DNA of 64,000 bases, from assembly GCF_009914755.1 (NCBI RefSeq), contig NC_060932.1; one strand, given 5' to 3'. Source of the DNA: the human T2T-CHM13v2.0 reference genome, Homo sapiens. The notes beneath the pieces are model-generated. The model had not been told where the DNA came from. It saw only the letters and a list, made by a program, of their open reading frames with translations, and ran no database searches. The position numbers and the translations under genes were made by a program. This document shows, piece after piece, positions 1 to 23,464 of this stretch (its first letter is position 1; the number at the start of each line of letters is the position of its first letter).

Positions 1-669
1 AGTTACCGTGGTTCTCAGTTACACTGAAACCGTTAAGTAGGCTTCACTGTTTAAGAAAAATGTTTATTTTTATTTGCATTAATAATAAATTCATATGGTT
101 ACAAATCAAAACAAGATAAAAGATACACAGTGAGAGATCTTGCTCCCAAACCTATTCTCATCTACTGTAGTTCACACCTCTTCTCTTGTTCCCTATAGAT
201 ATCCACTTATATTATTTTTTGTATATCCTTTTAATGTAAATTTATGAAATATATTCTTATTTCTCCCCTTTGTATACAAAAGGTAGCATGCCATAAACAC
301 TATTCCACATTTTGTTTATTTCAGTTTACAAAACATCCTGCAATCTCGTTGTTTTCTGTTGTGTAGATGTTTATTTAACCAATGCCCTAATGGTGAACAC
401 TTCCTGGTTTTCAGTCTTCTGCTGCTGTGACTCCTCTAGCATATGTAATTTTGTTTAGGTATAGGTAATTCAAGACAGTGATTTTGATGTCTTTGCCACA
501 CTGCCCTCTATAGGAATATACCATTAAGCATTCCAACCAGCAGTGTATGAAAAGCCCAGTTACCCCACAGTCTTACAACCAATATACTTGATTTTTATAA
601 ATTAAAAGTAAATTTTAATTTACTTTTTTTTAGTTGGCTTGTTAGATAAATATTCAAAATATTGGGCTA

Positions 670-942
<273 letters not shown>

Positions 943-1759
943 CTAATGTCAAGTTTCTTCTTTGAACACTTGCTAAGCTTATGGAAATATCTAAAGTGTG
1001 TGATTTTATCTTCAAAATTATTTATTCCATCAGCACAAAAGCCTGGCTTACAGTTCACTGTCACTAGATTAAGTAAAGATCTCTAAAAAGGTTTCTCCTT
1101 ATAGATTTGGCAAAGTATTTTACAAAATATCTGCACACTTTCACCAGAAAATTCCTTTCCCATCACATATAGATGTTCTTTTAACGAACCAATGAGTCAT
1201 TTGGAAATTTATATTTAACTTTTTCCCAAAAAATGTTTATTTTGAGAAAAAAAATCACAAATATTGAAAGACTAGCACAATAAACACACACTTTTAAACT
1301 TTGACATTGGTATATGTCTTTAGCATCAAAGTAATATAGGCTTATTTAGAAAGTTTAAGAAGTTAAGAGTTGAAGGAAAAAGATGGTTTTCCTACCTACA
1401 AGTTGTATTATTAATACAGAGACCTTTCATTCCAAGGTTCTTTTATGTGAAGTTCTTTTATTTTTTTCATGCATCACTTTCAGAGATGTATTATTAATTT
1501 GGGGATTGTCCTTCCAAATCCCTTCTATGCATAATTTTCTTTTAAACATAATTGCTAATATACTTTCTAAATAATTTTCATCCCGTTGTGTTCCACTGAT
1601 ACAATACAGCTTTTGCAAATATCATGTTTTATTATTGTTGCAAGAATCCATCAAATGAATGTACATTTTTTAAGTAACCATGTTTCTATTTTCTGGACTA
1701 ATAAACTATTTATTTTACTTCTTTACTGAAATTGATGCTGCAGTAACTGTCTTTGTGTA

Positions 1760-2000
1760 TAGGAGAAGTGGTGGTTATAAGCACGACTTTTACATTCAGG
1801 TGACCTGGGCTGGAATTCTCACTTCACTACTGGCAAACTGTGTGTGCCTGGGCATCGCTATGTCACTTCTCGGATATAGTTTATTAATTGTAAAGTGGGA
1901 AAATACAATAGTCATATGTCATAGGCTCAGTGTGGACATTAAAAGATAATGCATTTGAAACACTTAGCAAAGTACCTGGCACATAGTAAGCTATTATTAT
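1760..2000 (+). mobile_element. MIR SINE
   Basis: MIR core similarity (...tgtaaagtgggaaaatacaatagt...gataatgcatttgaaacacttagcaaagtacctggcacatagtaagc). Confidence 0.7.
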
Positions 2001-2448
2001 TATACGCAATCTTTAATATATTAAAGATTATTCCTTAGCTAGTTTCCCAGAAATAGAATTACTGAGTCAAAGATGATGACCACTTTAAAAACCTTTTGGA
2101 AAAAAAAGATATCAATATACACCTACCAAGACTTATGTGACATTTTATTGTTCCATTGATATATTATATTTTTTAATCAATTTTTAATTTAGGAAAAAAA
2201 GTTAATGACAAAAAGATAAAGTCACCACATATTAAGATGCATAAATCCTCTCGTTACTAATTTGAACATATTTTTGCAGTTTGTTGCAACATTTTTTCTT
2301 TTATAAACTAATAACATTTTACTTCCTCTTAGCATTGTTGAATTCTACACATCATTTCCAAAATTGTATTTAAATTTCTAACAAATGTACTTTTGCTTCT
2401 CTTTGTCTAACATATAACAAAATTTAAAACTATAATTTGGAAGTATTA

Positions 2449-2694
<246 letters not shown>

Positions 2695-3329
2695 TTAGCA
2701 TTGTGTAAAAAATCAGAAAGATTTCCAAAGGGAGACTAATTCATTTTATTCTTAAAAGATCAGTTGAAATAAAAACATCTACAAAGATCAAGAATTGATT
2801 AATAAATCCAACTGGCGTCCAAGAACATGTGCCTGCTTCTCCCTTCCTCCTCAAATTCTAGCAAAGAATGGCTTTTAAAGAGTATTGCGGAAAAAGGAAT
2901 GGACACAGGCTGAATTTGACTGCAAGATGAAGTCACAACCTCACATAAAGATGGGAATGCCATTGTGTATGCTCCAAGCTCAGAGATGTTGGAAATGGAA
3001 AAGCAAGGGCCTGGATTATAAAGAGTAATTAGGGCCCCATAGTAACTAAAGAGGTTGCTAAGAGAAATGCATGAGGAACAGGCAGGCAAGTTGATCCTCT
3101 GACAGCCTTCCAGTAGTAAGCAGCACATAGCAGAGTCATGTCCCTGTAGGCTAGAGCAGGAATTGAGGGCTTGGGAAAGAAGAGCCACGGAAGCACTTAG
3201 GTAGCTGCTCACACCAAAGAGAAACAGGGAGTACCTGTGCTAAGACAGGAGTTACTGAGATTCTTGTTCACTCATCTCATCCCTTCCCACCACCCCAGGA
3301 CAGGCCACGCCATGCAGAAATGACAGTAA

Positions 3330-4130
3330 TGGATGGACAAGCAGATAATCTTTTTTAAAAGACATCTATTCCTTAAAAATTAGAATATTAAACACATCCA
3401 TACACACACAAAGAGAGGGAAACCAAACTCAATAGACAAAGGCATCAACTCGAGAAAGTAAGAAAGCAGGAGACACTAAAAAACATAATAGAAGCCAGGT
3501 GCAGGTGCAGTGGTAGGTGCCTGTATTTCCAGCTACTCGGGTGGCTGAGGTGGGGGGAGGGGGAACACTGAAGCCCAGGAGTTCAAGTCTAATCGGGGCA
3601 ACATAGCAAGAACCGGTCTGTAAAAAAATTCAAAGAATTTTTTTAAAGAAGCGTAATAGTTTCAGCAGGGGGTGGGGAGAATACTATAAGCTATTATTAT
3701 AAAAACAGGCTATTATTAAAAAGACTCCATTGAGATATTAGAAATAAAAAGATAAGTTTTTTAAAAAACATTCATTGATAAGATAAATGCTGGAAAAGAC
3801 AGAGCCAATCGAGGAAAAATGGTTTGGAAGATCAAGTTGAAGAATTCTCTCAAATTTGGCACAAAAGAGCCAAGAGTTGACATGTATGAATAGAAAGGTA
3901 AGAAATACATGCAGCTGGATCCAGGAGTTTCAACATCCAACTAATAAAAGTTCTAGAAGGCAGTAACAGAAAACAGAGGAGAGAGGAATCATAGCAATAG
4001 AGAAAAGTTCTCCAAAGCTGAAAAAAAAAACATGTAAGTCTTCAGACTGAAGTGCCTAACAGGATGAACGAAAAAGAAAAAAAAATCATAACTAAGCAAT
4101 AGTAAATTTTCAAAAAAAAAAAAAAACAAC
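3330..4130 (+). mobile_element. Ancient HAL1/L1M ORF1-like remnant (interrupted by an Alu monomer)
   Basis: Purine-rich sequence resembling old L1/HAL1 ORF1 (ggaagatcaagttgaagaattctc...caacatccaactaata...ttctagaag). Confidence 0.45.
3493..3628 (+). mobile_element. Alu monomer (FLAM/FRAM-like)
   Basis: gccaggtg...cccaggagttcaag...ggcaacatagcaaga followed by a short A tail. Confidence 0.75.
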
Positions 4131-4139
4131 AAAAGTTCT

Positions 4140-5330
4140 GGCATGGGAAACTGGATAGAATTGTGGCACCATTTATTTATTTATTTTCAACTTTTATTTT
4201 AGATTCAGGGGGTGCATGTGCAGATTTGTTACCTTGGTATACTGCATGATGCTGAGGTTTCAGGTATAAATGATCTTGTCACCCAGGTATGTGAGCACAG
4301 TACCCAATAGGAAGTTTTTCAACGCTTGCTCCCCTCCCTCCCTCTCCTCTCTTGTCATCTCCAGTGTCTACTGTTCCCATCTTTATGTCATAAACACCCA
4401 GTGTTTAGCTCCTACTTATAAGTGAGAACATGTGGTATTTCGTTTTCTGTTCCTGTTTTAATTCACTTAAGATAATGGCCTCCAGCTGCATCCCTGTTGC
4501 TGCAAAGGACATAATGTCATTCGTTTTATGGCTGTGTAGTACTCCATGGTGTACACGCAGTACCATTTATTGAGATAAGAGACCTGTTTGGGTGGAAAAG
4601 ATTATAAGTATGGACATGTTAAAATGGTGACCATGAGACATCCAACTGGGTGCAGCTGGAATAGCAGCTAGTTGTGTGGGTCTGGATCCTCAAGGAAAAG
4701 ATGGGAGTGAAGATACAAATCTGGGGGCTGTTTGTGCCTACATGATGATCCACAACAGGGATTGTCTCAGAGCTATGTTTTTCTCTATCAAAGCAGAGAG
4801 ATGAAGTAACATAAAAAGAAAAGGCTGAGGCCAATGTCCTAAAAAAATTCAGAGTTTAAAGGATGAGTAGAAGAGGAAATGCCAGAAAAAGAGATTAAGG
4901 AGGAGCAGCCAGTGATGTCAGAGAAAAACACCAAGAGAACATGGCATCAGAGAAGCCAAGGGAAGAGGATTTTTCAAGAAAGCAGAAGTGATTCACTTTG
5001 TTGAGAGGTTAAGTGAAATAGGACTAAATATGTCCATTAGATGTGGTAAAAAGAAAGTCAATAATGGTTGGTTACATTCATTTCAGCAGGGATGGGAGTG
5101 AAATCAAACTAGGGTGGGCTGAGGAGGAACTGTGAGAAAATGTGGATGGTGGACATCACTAACAAAGAGAGGGGAGATAGATGTAATGAAGGAGGGAGAG
5201 TTTTGTGGAACGAATGAGGAGTTTTTGTTTTGTTTTTAGTGGCTGGCCCTTAACTGATTTAAATGTTAACTGGTAGCATGTAGTAGCAAGAGAAAAGTTG
5301 AAGATCTAGAAAAAGAAAGAATAAACAGAA
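4140..5330 (-). mobile_element. L2 LINE fragment (interrupted by L1)
   Basis: L2 antisense motifs (ggacatgttaaa...gagacatccaa...gtgatgtcagaga...aagccaagggaagag). Confidence 0.65.
4172..4561 (-). mobile_element. 5'-truncated L1 3'UTR (old L1PA/L1PB-like)
   Basis: Antisense L1 3' end (ttttagattcagggggtgcatgtgcag...ataagtgagaacatgtgg). TSD accatttatt at 4168-4177 and 4562-4571. Confidence 0.85.
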
Positions 5331-5436
5331 ATATTCCTAAGAAGCCACAATGGGATTGCTATTTTTTAAAAATTTTTATTTTCTGTCATATTAATGGATC
5401 CTTCAGGAGGTGTGTTAGTGTTTTTTAAAAGCCTCA

Positions 5437-5895
<459 letters not shown>

Positions 5896-5949
5896 TCAAA
5901 AAAATAGTTTATGTCCTAAGTTCTGAGCCAACCAACATAATTGTTTGGC

Positions 5950-6435
5950 CTACACTGGCTAATATGGTAGCCATTAGCCATGTGTGGTCATTCAAATTTA
6001 AATTAAAGATTTAGTTTCACCAGGTGCAGTGGTTCATGCCTAGAATCCCAGCACTTTGTGGGTCTGATGGGGGAGGATTGCTTGAGGCCAGGAGTGAGAC
6101 CATCCTGGGCAACATAGTGAGAATGCATCTCTAAAAAATAAAAATAATAAAAAAACTGGCTGAGTGTGGTAGCACATGCCTCTAGTCCCAGCTACTCCAA
6201 AAGCCGAAGTGGGAGGATCACTTGAGCCCAGGAGTTCAAGACTGCAGTGAGCTATGATTGTGCCACTGCACTCTAGCCCAGATGGCAGAGTAAGACCCTA
6301 GCTTAGAAAAAAAAAAAAAAAATCTGTTTCTTAGTTGCAGTAGTCACATTTCAAGTGCTCAATAGCCACATGAGAATAGTGTCTATTGTAGAACAGTTTC
6401 ATCATCATAGAAAGTTCTATGGTACAGTGCTGGCT
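5950..6435. mobile_element. MER3/MER33-like hAT-Charlie element split by an AluJ
   Basis: aatatggtagccattagccatgtgtgg...agtcacatttcaagtgctcaatagccacatg...agaaagttctat...acagtgctg. Confidence 0.7.
6019..6322 (+). mobile_element. AluJ
   Basis: Dimeric Alu with J-type right arm (ggatcacttgagcccaggagttcaagactgcagtgagctatgat) and A tail. Confidence 0.9.
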
Positions 6436-6509
6436 AGAATTTAAGCTCCATTGAGGCAAAAGAAAAATATACCTTATATTTTGAATTCCTTCTCCAGTAT
6501 CTACTTAAT

Positions 6510-6750
6510 ATGTATTGAGTGCTTTTATGTACCAGGTAATGCTCTTGTTATATTTTAGATAGACAGACTGATAGATTGATTTAATGCTTACAGCAACCCT
6601 ATGTGACAGCTTTTCAATGTGCCCATTTTACAGATGAGAAAATGCAGTTACAGCTACATAGTGTTTCACACAGCTAGAATGTAGCAGAGCTGAGATTCCA
6701 ATCCAGGTCACATGCTCCAGAACCTGTATTCACAAGAACTAAGCCACAGT
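6510..6750 (-). mobile_element. MIR SINE
   Basis: cccattttacagatgagaaaa...agcagagctgagattccaatccagg. Confidence 0.7.
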
Positions 6751-7438
6751 CAAAACTTCACACTCACTGTTAAATTTTACTTTTGCTGCTAGTAGTATAC
6801 TATGAGATCTCAAAAAACATAAAATTATATCCTACAGCATGTTGGCTGATAAAGGTCAAAACTTAGCTTCACCTTGGGTTGCCCGGCCCGCATGGAGGAA
6901 AGGGCTGTGTGCATTTTCTCATTGCTTTTACTGCACAGAGATGGTATCTAGAGAAGGTGGTTATGCTAAAGTTCTACCGAAAAGTTCCACCACAGATTTC
7001 CTTCTTTAGCTCCTCCCATTAATTCAATCAAATTTAGAAAAGTTTTCATTTTACTCATAAAACTTTCTGAGTTTCTCCCTTTCATCCTAGAATAACAGAA
7101 CATACAGGAGATTTGCAACATACCTTCCTGTTCTGACCATCACTAAGTTACATGTTTTCTTGATTTTCAAATCTCTTGAGTTAAACAATATACTTCTAAA
7201 TTAATGTGCTACACGAGGCCCAGAAAAATACCCCTACTGGTTCAGTGTTAAGGTATTTATGATCAAAACTGCACATCTGCTTTCTCACTATCAAGGTGTC
7301 ACTTTTACTTCTTCACCTGCCTCAGTCACTTTATGAACAAACTAGACACAATAAAATCTAGCCAGACAATGCAGAGCCAAGACATTTACAAAAATAATTA
7401 GCTGCAGGTTTCAGTTTTATGTTTCTTGGATCCCTGAG

Positions 7439-7648
7439 TAGAGTTGCCAGGTAAAAATATACAACACTCAATTAAAGTTGAATTTCAGATAACCAGTATA
7501 TAATTTTTAACATAAGAATGCTCCATACATACTTTAAAAAAACTGTTGTTTATCTGAAATTCAAATAACTGGGCATCCTTTATTTTTATAACATATAGGT
7601 TTATTTCCTAAATAAAACATAGGTACTTTGTTAAATCTGGCAAGACTA
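7439..7648. mobile_element. MER53-like palindromic hAT MITE
   Basis: Terminal inverted ttgccag (7444-7450) / ctggcaa (7637-7643). Internal perfect 15-bp inverted repeat 7478-7492 / 7550-7564. Confidence 0.75.
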
Positions 7649-8146
7649 CCCCTAAGAAGCTCAAGGAACTTCATTGCTATGAGCTCATTCAATTTCCTCT
7701 GACACTGGTGCAGCAATGAAAGAACAGGAAGATCATGATGTCTGTTTTATAGATGGGATTTCATGATTAACTCAATTTTATTTGACACTTAAGCTAGGGC
7801 AAAAAAAATTAAAAAACAGCCCCAAATCATTTTACTCGATCTTCCAATATCCTTTCAAAAATTAAATACAGTAACTTCTTGCAGTATGGCAAGCAGTTGA
7901 GTTACAGGCAGGTATCTTATCTATAAGCAGGCAAGAAATGCAAATATTTAAATATTTTAAATCTTTAAAGATATAGTTGTTTCTGTAAAATTATAATTAA
8001 AAAATTCTGGTCATGAAATGTTGGTTTATCTTTGTCCTTCAACTGGGCCATGAGAAATTCTGGGAATAGTGTGAGTCGTTCTCCTGTGCCGGCCATTTTT
8101 AATCATATGCAGGTCTGAGGGAGGACAGAAGTTATAGGTCACCAAC

Positions 8147-8506
8147 TGCTATGATCTGAATGTTTGCATCCCCTCAACAGTCATATGCTGAAATTCTAAC
8201 TCCCAAAGTGATGGTAGTAAGAGGTGGGCCCTTTGCAAGATGATGAGGTCATGAGGATGGAACCCTCATGAATGGGATTAGTGCCCTTATGAGTTCCAAG
8301 AGAGATGCCTTTTCACTTCCAACATGTGAGGTTAAAGTGAGAGATGTCACCTAGGAACCAGGTAGCAGGCCCTCACCAAACACCAAATCTGCCAGTGCCT
8401 TGATCTTGGATTTCCCAGCCTCCAGAACTGTGAGAAATAAAATTCTGTTTTTATAAGTCACCCAGTCTACGTCATTTTGTTATAGTGGCCTGAATACACT
8501 AAGACA
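8147..8506 (+). mobile_element. MaLR solo LTR (MLT1A/MST-like)
   Basis: TG...CA ends, 360 bp, 5-bp TSD ccaac on both sides, motif ccagcctccagaactgtgagaaataaa. Confidence 0.85.
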
Positions 8507-8687
8507 CCAACCTACAAGAAACACTAGCTACACCTAATAGAAAAAAAGGGGATGCAATGAGAATAAACAGGAGTTAATGGAATACCGTGTCTGCAACAGC
8601 TCCCAGAGGAGTTGCCTTTCCTCTGCACCCTCCTCCACCCAAGAGAATGAGCCTCTTGCTCCTCGGCCTGGGGCATTTTCGAACTAG

Positions 8688-9247
<560 letters not shown>

Positions 9248-9346
9248 TAGGATTTTCACTTGTATCTGTTAATTTTCTCACAATTACCAAAGTGTTATTA
9301 TATTTGGGGGACATTAAGACCTAAATTAAATCTAAGTTAAAACCTA

Positions 9347-9772
<426 letters not shown>

Positions 9773-9884
9773 TTAATCTAGGGTATCTTTTCAGCTGTGA
9801 AAACTGAAAGTTCTTTTATCAAGGATCTGAGGTGACAGGGGTTAATCACAAATTCAGAGCTGAGCAACTTTCATTCACCACCCA

Positions 9885-10338
9885 TGGTAGATATCCTCCA
9901 AAGACAGCCACCAATTCCTCCCCTCCTGATACCCATGCACCATTCTTCCCATTAAGAGATGGCATCTATTTGCTTCACTCCCCTTGAATCTAGGCTGGCC
10001 TTCCACCTTGCTTTGATCTAATATCAACTGGCAGAAGTGATACTGTGTGGGCCAAGCTTTAAGAAGCCTGGTACCTTCTGAATGTACTATTTGGGATCCA
10101 GACACTATGTGAGATTACTGAATGATAGCAATTCATGTGGAGAGAGGCATGGAGGTTGAGAGGACATCCTGGATAGTGTGACCTCAGCCAAGTTCCCATC
10201 TAATGCCATGTGGAACAGAGATGAACCACTCCCTCTGAGCCCTGCCCAAACTGGTGATATCAAAAACAAATAAATCATTGTGTTTTCAGCCACTAATTCT
10301 TGGAGTGACTTGTTGCTCAGCAATAGAAAGCTGAAACA
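9885..10338 (+). mobile_element. MaLR LTR (MLT1G/H-like)
   Basis: cccttgaatctaggctggcc...ctgagccctgcccaaa...tgttgctcagcaatagaaagctgaaaca. Confidence 0.65.
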
Positions 10339-12007
10339 CCACTTTTAGTATTTTTTGAAATAAGGAAGTATAGAAATCAATCAAATGAGTTAGAAGAGCC
10401 CAGGAGCAGTATACTTGGATACTGGATCTTGTCAAAATATGGTCTGAAGAAATCCCATTTTCTTTCTTTCCAAAAGAACCACCGGAAATAGCTAATCATA
10501 TACGCAAACATACAAACACTACCAGCATATTGTGGAAAATACTAAAGCAAATTATGTATTTAAAAATTATTATATTTATATTTTAATTTTATTCTCATGA
10601 TTTTTGGCACTCTCAATTTTTCACAAGTTACAATACATTTGTTTTGAGTTTAAAGAGACTTATTAATGTGAGACTGCAGTGCAGAGAAAATGACAGATTT
10701 TATATTTGAGAGTAATTGGAATAAACAAGGTAACTATAACCACAAAAATCACAATGATCTGGAGGAGAAACTACAAACGACAAAAACTAGAGAGGGAAAT
10801 GCTGAGCCTTGGGAAATGTTAATGGCTGGGAATGGCTGGAGGAAGACAGAAACTGAGTGGACCTGAAGAGAACCAGCACTGGTACACGAGAGGGAGGACA
10901 GTGCCATCTGCATTGCTCTGCTCCCCCTCACCCCCATCTCTGATTTATCTCCCTCTCTTTCTCTCTCTGTCTGTCTCCCTCTATTTCATTTCTGTATTTA
11001 ATAAACCTTTCTTAACTTTGAAAAAAGAGAGAATGTTGCTAAGAGTTAAATGCAAGAGAGGAGTAAGAAAGAAAAAAGTCAATTTGCCAACAAAGAAATA
11101 ATTGGTGACCTAAATAGCAGTTTCCAAAAGCATGAGAACAACAGGCACATTGTAGGTCCTAATATCTTCATTCTACTCTACACGGTGCATTTCTCTTCCT
11201 CCTCCAGTCTTAGGGGGTACCAGAATAACTGTTAACAGTATTTTACAATGCTTTTTACTTTTCTGATAGTTTCCTCAGACATAAAAATCTTTTTCATTCC
11301 AATTCAAGTAAAATGCTGGAAGCTGCACATTAGTAACTATATAGAAATAATGTGTTTTTTTTTCCTGTGGAATGATAAAAGTTGTGGCTTCATTAGAAGG
11401 GATCATTTAGGTTTAATACTGGCAGGGGCCTCAGCTTATTCATCTCTGCAGAGTGCTGCACACCCAGGAGATAACAACACGTGTTGAATGAAAGAATAAA
11501 TTAAGTCATGAGTAAACCAACTGGAACCACACACTTGAAAAACTGACTTCTGTAAAGAGGCACAAATCACTATCTCGCACAATTTTTGCAAACTGAAAGA
11601 TCTAAACCTGGAACTTTGGTCTTTACTTATCCACTGATACATAAATTCACAGTATAGCTGTCATAAATAAATTATGTAAATAAACTGCTACTGAGCAATT
11701 CTCAAACAAACCACCCTATGTCCACAACAACAACAAAGAAGTGGCTAAAAATAAATATTCATCATTGGAAGGTGTCTGTTTTGCAAACATTAGAAGTAAA
11801 TAAACATTTAAAATGTTATGGGTTAACTATGTTTTGTAACAGAGTAGGTTTCTTCTTACATGTTTCATGTACTTTGAAACAAAATAAGAACCACCATATT
11901 TGGAGCACTTTTATAGGGTCTAATGCCATCTTTTGAATTCCTCCTCACCATCACCCTGAGAAGTAGCTACTGTTGTGGCATTATAAGAATAAGAAAAGTA
12001 AAGCTCC

Positions 12008-12312
<305 letters not shown>

Positions 12313-12619
12313 TTACACATTTGTTCAAAGGCAATAACTATCAGGAGCAGAGTGGAAACTGAAATGGACACATGATATGAAAAATTTTATAAAAGAAGCT
12401 GCATTTAGAGAGAAATTAGCAGGGAGAATCTATGGAATTTGGAAAGCTTTGGGAAAACCATAAAGATAATTATAGCATAAAAAGCTTATCACATGGAACA
12501 AAAGTATAAGGAACTAGGCTATCACTTGATATAAGGAATTCATGAGACTATGTAGAACAGGCAGAGAAGTGAATGGTTAGCTGTTTTATATGTTTGTTGT
12601 TTTAAATATAAGAGGCAAG

Positions 12620-12825
12620 TGCAGTGTATTTGACAGCGCAGGCTCTCTCCTGAGCCCAACCCAAATTCAAATCCCTGCTTCAACACTTAATGGCTACATA
12701 ATTTCAGACAAGTTACTTACTCTTTATATCTGTTTCTTCTAAAATGAGAAAATAATAAAAGATAATCCATGAAAACCCTACTTACCAAAGTATGTTGCAT
12801 TCTATAAGCACATTAGCTATTAGGA
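12620..12825 (+). mobile_element. MIR SINE
   Basis: ttcaaatccctgct...acaagttacttactct...tctgtttcttctaaaatgagaaaataat. Confidence 0.55.
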
Positions 12826-13753
12826 TTATATAATAAAACCTTATTAATTCATCATAACTTCAAATACAAACACTAGAATAATGAGAAATTTCATTGTGAC
12901 TGAGGCACTTATCAAGCTTTCTTTATACAAAAACTATAGGGCTTCTATATTATGAATGAAGAAGTTAGAGTTGAATTAAGTGCTATTGCAGAGGAAAATG
13001 AAAAAAAGTTTTGCACTCTTACCCTTTCCTTTTCCTTTCCAGTTGGCAGAAAAGCAAGACAAAGAGTTCACAGACAGAAACTTGATTTCTATGCGGTGGA
13101 TTTAGACACAGTCCTGCTAGCCAATTCCTCAAGGGCATGGTACAATGAAAACAATTCCTTATTTAAGGAATACAGAAAAAAATATATTATGTCCCAGAGG
13201 CTGATGGTCAATTTTATTTTTCTATTTAAACATTACTTTTTTTAAAGCAGCTAAAATGAAATTAGTAAATGAAACATGTTTTATTGTTAGTTATCTCTAT
13301 ACATATATATGTTTAATGCCTCATTTAAGCTTCATTCTTCATAGGACCTGAGATTGTGTTTTCATATTCAGTAGTTACTAAGTACATATTAGTTTATTAC
13401 TCATGATATTGGGATACTTATATAGCCATCTAAAAAATGAAAATAAATAAAGTTGGATTCCTATTTTACTCCTAACATAAAAACAAATCTCAATAGATCA
13501 AAGACCCCAACATAAAAAAGAGAAGACACAAATAACTAGAAAAAATTTTGGACAAGAGAAGAGATTATAAAACCCAGAGGCAATCAAAGACTAATAAAAT
13601 CAATTCATTTGATTACATTAAAATTTAAAATTCTGCACAGAAAAAAATAGTATAAGTAATGTAACAGATAAAAATCAAGGACAAAGGCCTAAAATATATA
13701 AAAAGGCCTAAAATACATAAAAATATTTTATAAATCAGTAAAACATAAAAATG

Positions 13754-20218
<6,465 letters not shown>

Positions 20219-20440
20219 AACAAAAGCAAAAACAGGCCATTTTCAGTTAACTGGAAAGAAATTTTGAAATTTTACATGTATATAAAAGATTATTAATCAC
20301 ACTTAAATAAATGCATATTATAATAACAATGAAAAAGTATATCTCTTTTAGCAGGTTTATACACAAATTGTGTTTGATAATACAGTGTGGGTTATGGAGG
20401 AAAAGGCAAAATCATGTAATATCAGAGTGATGAGTTATAG

Positions 20441-20750
<310 letters not shown>

Positions 20751-22234
20751 CTTTGGAAGGCACTGAAAACTCTTTGGAAGACAGTTTGTTATATTACTCA
20801 ACACTGAAAAATACACATCTAATTTCATCCAGCAATTTCACCGGTTGAATTTATCCTGTAAATTTATATTCCTATTTATGCACAAAGTATGAGGACATGA
20901 GGAATGCCCAGTCAGTGATGGAAGAAACCACAGCCGCCTTGTTGACTGCATCTTGTGTACTACTAGGCAAATTGTAGAGTCCAAAAAATAATTGTTGAAT
21001 GAAGGAATGAACAGCAATAAGCCCTAAGTCCAATAACAGGTTAGATACATTTTAATATAGTCTAATATATCCATCCAGTAGAATAACAGCAGCCCAATAA
21101 AGAGTAAGATGGATGTATACCAGTTGATATGGGATGCTCCTAGTTCAAAGACAGGTAAGAAAGGCAAAATAGAAATCACACACAAACATGCTTGTGCAAC
21201 CTCTGGCTGTTTAAAAAGATAAATGAGTAACACTAACCAGCCTCTGGGTATGTGACTGACAAACTAAGGTTTGAGGTAGGGAGCTTTTTTCCTTTAGAAA
21301 GTTACTGTTAGAAACTTACTTTTCACATTTTAGGATTTTGTGTTACCTAGATTATTTTTACCATAATTTTACTTAAGTTAAAAACAACCTCAGGCTGCTC
21401 TGTCTCTATGGAGTAGCCATTCTTTTGTTTCTTTACATTCTTAATAAAGTTGCTTTCACTCTAAAACAAACAAGAGAAACCCTCAAAAACCTCATACTGA
21501 GACACACTGGAATTTTGTACTATAATATCTTTCCTGCTAGGCAGCTGTGTGACACTGAACAAGCCACTTAGAGAAAGGGCTAGATCTGGTCGAACTGCTG
21601 AATGCTTACTGTGTGCCAGGCACTGTGCTGGGCACAGCTTGTTTTGTTAAACTGGTTAATGTTCAATCTTCACAAAAAATCAATGAGACAGGCATTTCCA
21701 TCATTATTTAACAGATAAGGACACCAAACCTAAAGTGACAGAACTCAAGGTCGCATCCCTCTTTCTGATTCCTATCTTTCCATCACCTTTTCTTTCAGTG
21801 AGCTGTAACATACCAGAAACCAAAAGAACTGCCCGACTACAACCCAGACTCGAACTATACTGGGTTGCTTTACTGTCTTGACACTTAAGTGTTACTAGTA
21901 ATAATACTATGTTGCTACTATATGGCTTCAGAACTTCAGTTTTACCAGCAATTTCATTTTCCCCGCTATACGTAGTTAATCTGGTCACGTGTGATAAGTC
22001 TGAGCTTCCAACTTGTAAGCTGTTACTTTGTTTGTACCACAGGCTTTCCTGCAGGGAGAGGAAGGCATGTCCCCCAAACTTTGTAGGTTCAGGAGACTCA
22101 TCTAGCGCAGGAGTTCTCCATGCTTGAGATCAAATGGGCCATTATCCCATGACTCCAACACTTTCTAGCTTTGTCGTTTCCATGACCCAGAGAAACTGGA
22201 GGACCAGCTCTGGATTCTCGGAACATCTACAGCC

Positions 22235-22800
<566 letters not shown>

Positions 22801-23289
22801 ACCTGTTTAGCAGCTTTAGTTAGGGACCCCAGCTTTTTCCCAGCGAGGGAAGCCACTGATGTTCAAACACCGAGGAAACGATGTCAAAGTTAGTTGGGAT
22901 GATTTTTACGATCTACTAGAGAATCTTTTTTTTTTTCTTTTTCCTTCCTCCCTCTCTCTTCCTTCCATTCTTCCTTCCTTCTTGCAATCTTGGAGCTGAA
23001 AGGAGCCTTAGAACGAGCCTTTAATGGCCAGTGGCCGACGCGCTACTGAGCCCTCTCCCTTCTCCTTCCATCAGATTCCAGACTGATGACCCCTCGCCTC
23101 GCACTGGATTACAGCATGCATTCTAAAACACGCATTCCATAATGCCTCCTTGGCAGCCTCACCGCTTTTCTCCCTTCCTCCCGATTCGGGAAAACTTCTC
23201 TAATCCTGGCACCGGCCCCTGTTACTGACACAAATAAATGACTAGCGCGTACCCTGACCCCCTTCCGCACCAATATTTATATATTTATA

Positions 23290-23464
23290 TTTTTTATTAA
23301 TTTATTATTTACTTATTTAGAGACAGGGTCTCACTGTCGCCCAGGCTGGAGTGCAGCAGTCTGATCAAGGCTCACAGCAGCCTCCAACTCCTGGGCTCAA
23401 GTGATCCTCCCGCCTGGGCCTCCCAAAGTTTTGGGATTACAGGCCTGAGCCACCATGACTGGCC
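23290..23464 (-). mobile_element. Alu monomer (FAM/FRAM-like)
   Basis: ~165-bp single-arm Alu with (TTTA)n tail. Confidence 0.8.
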
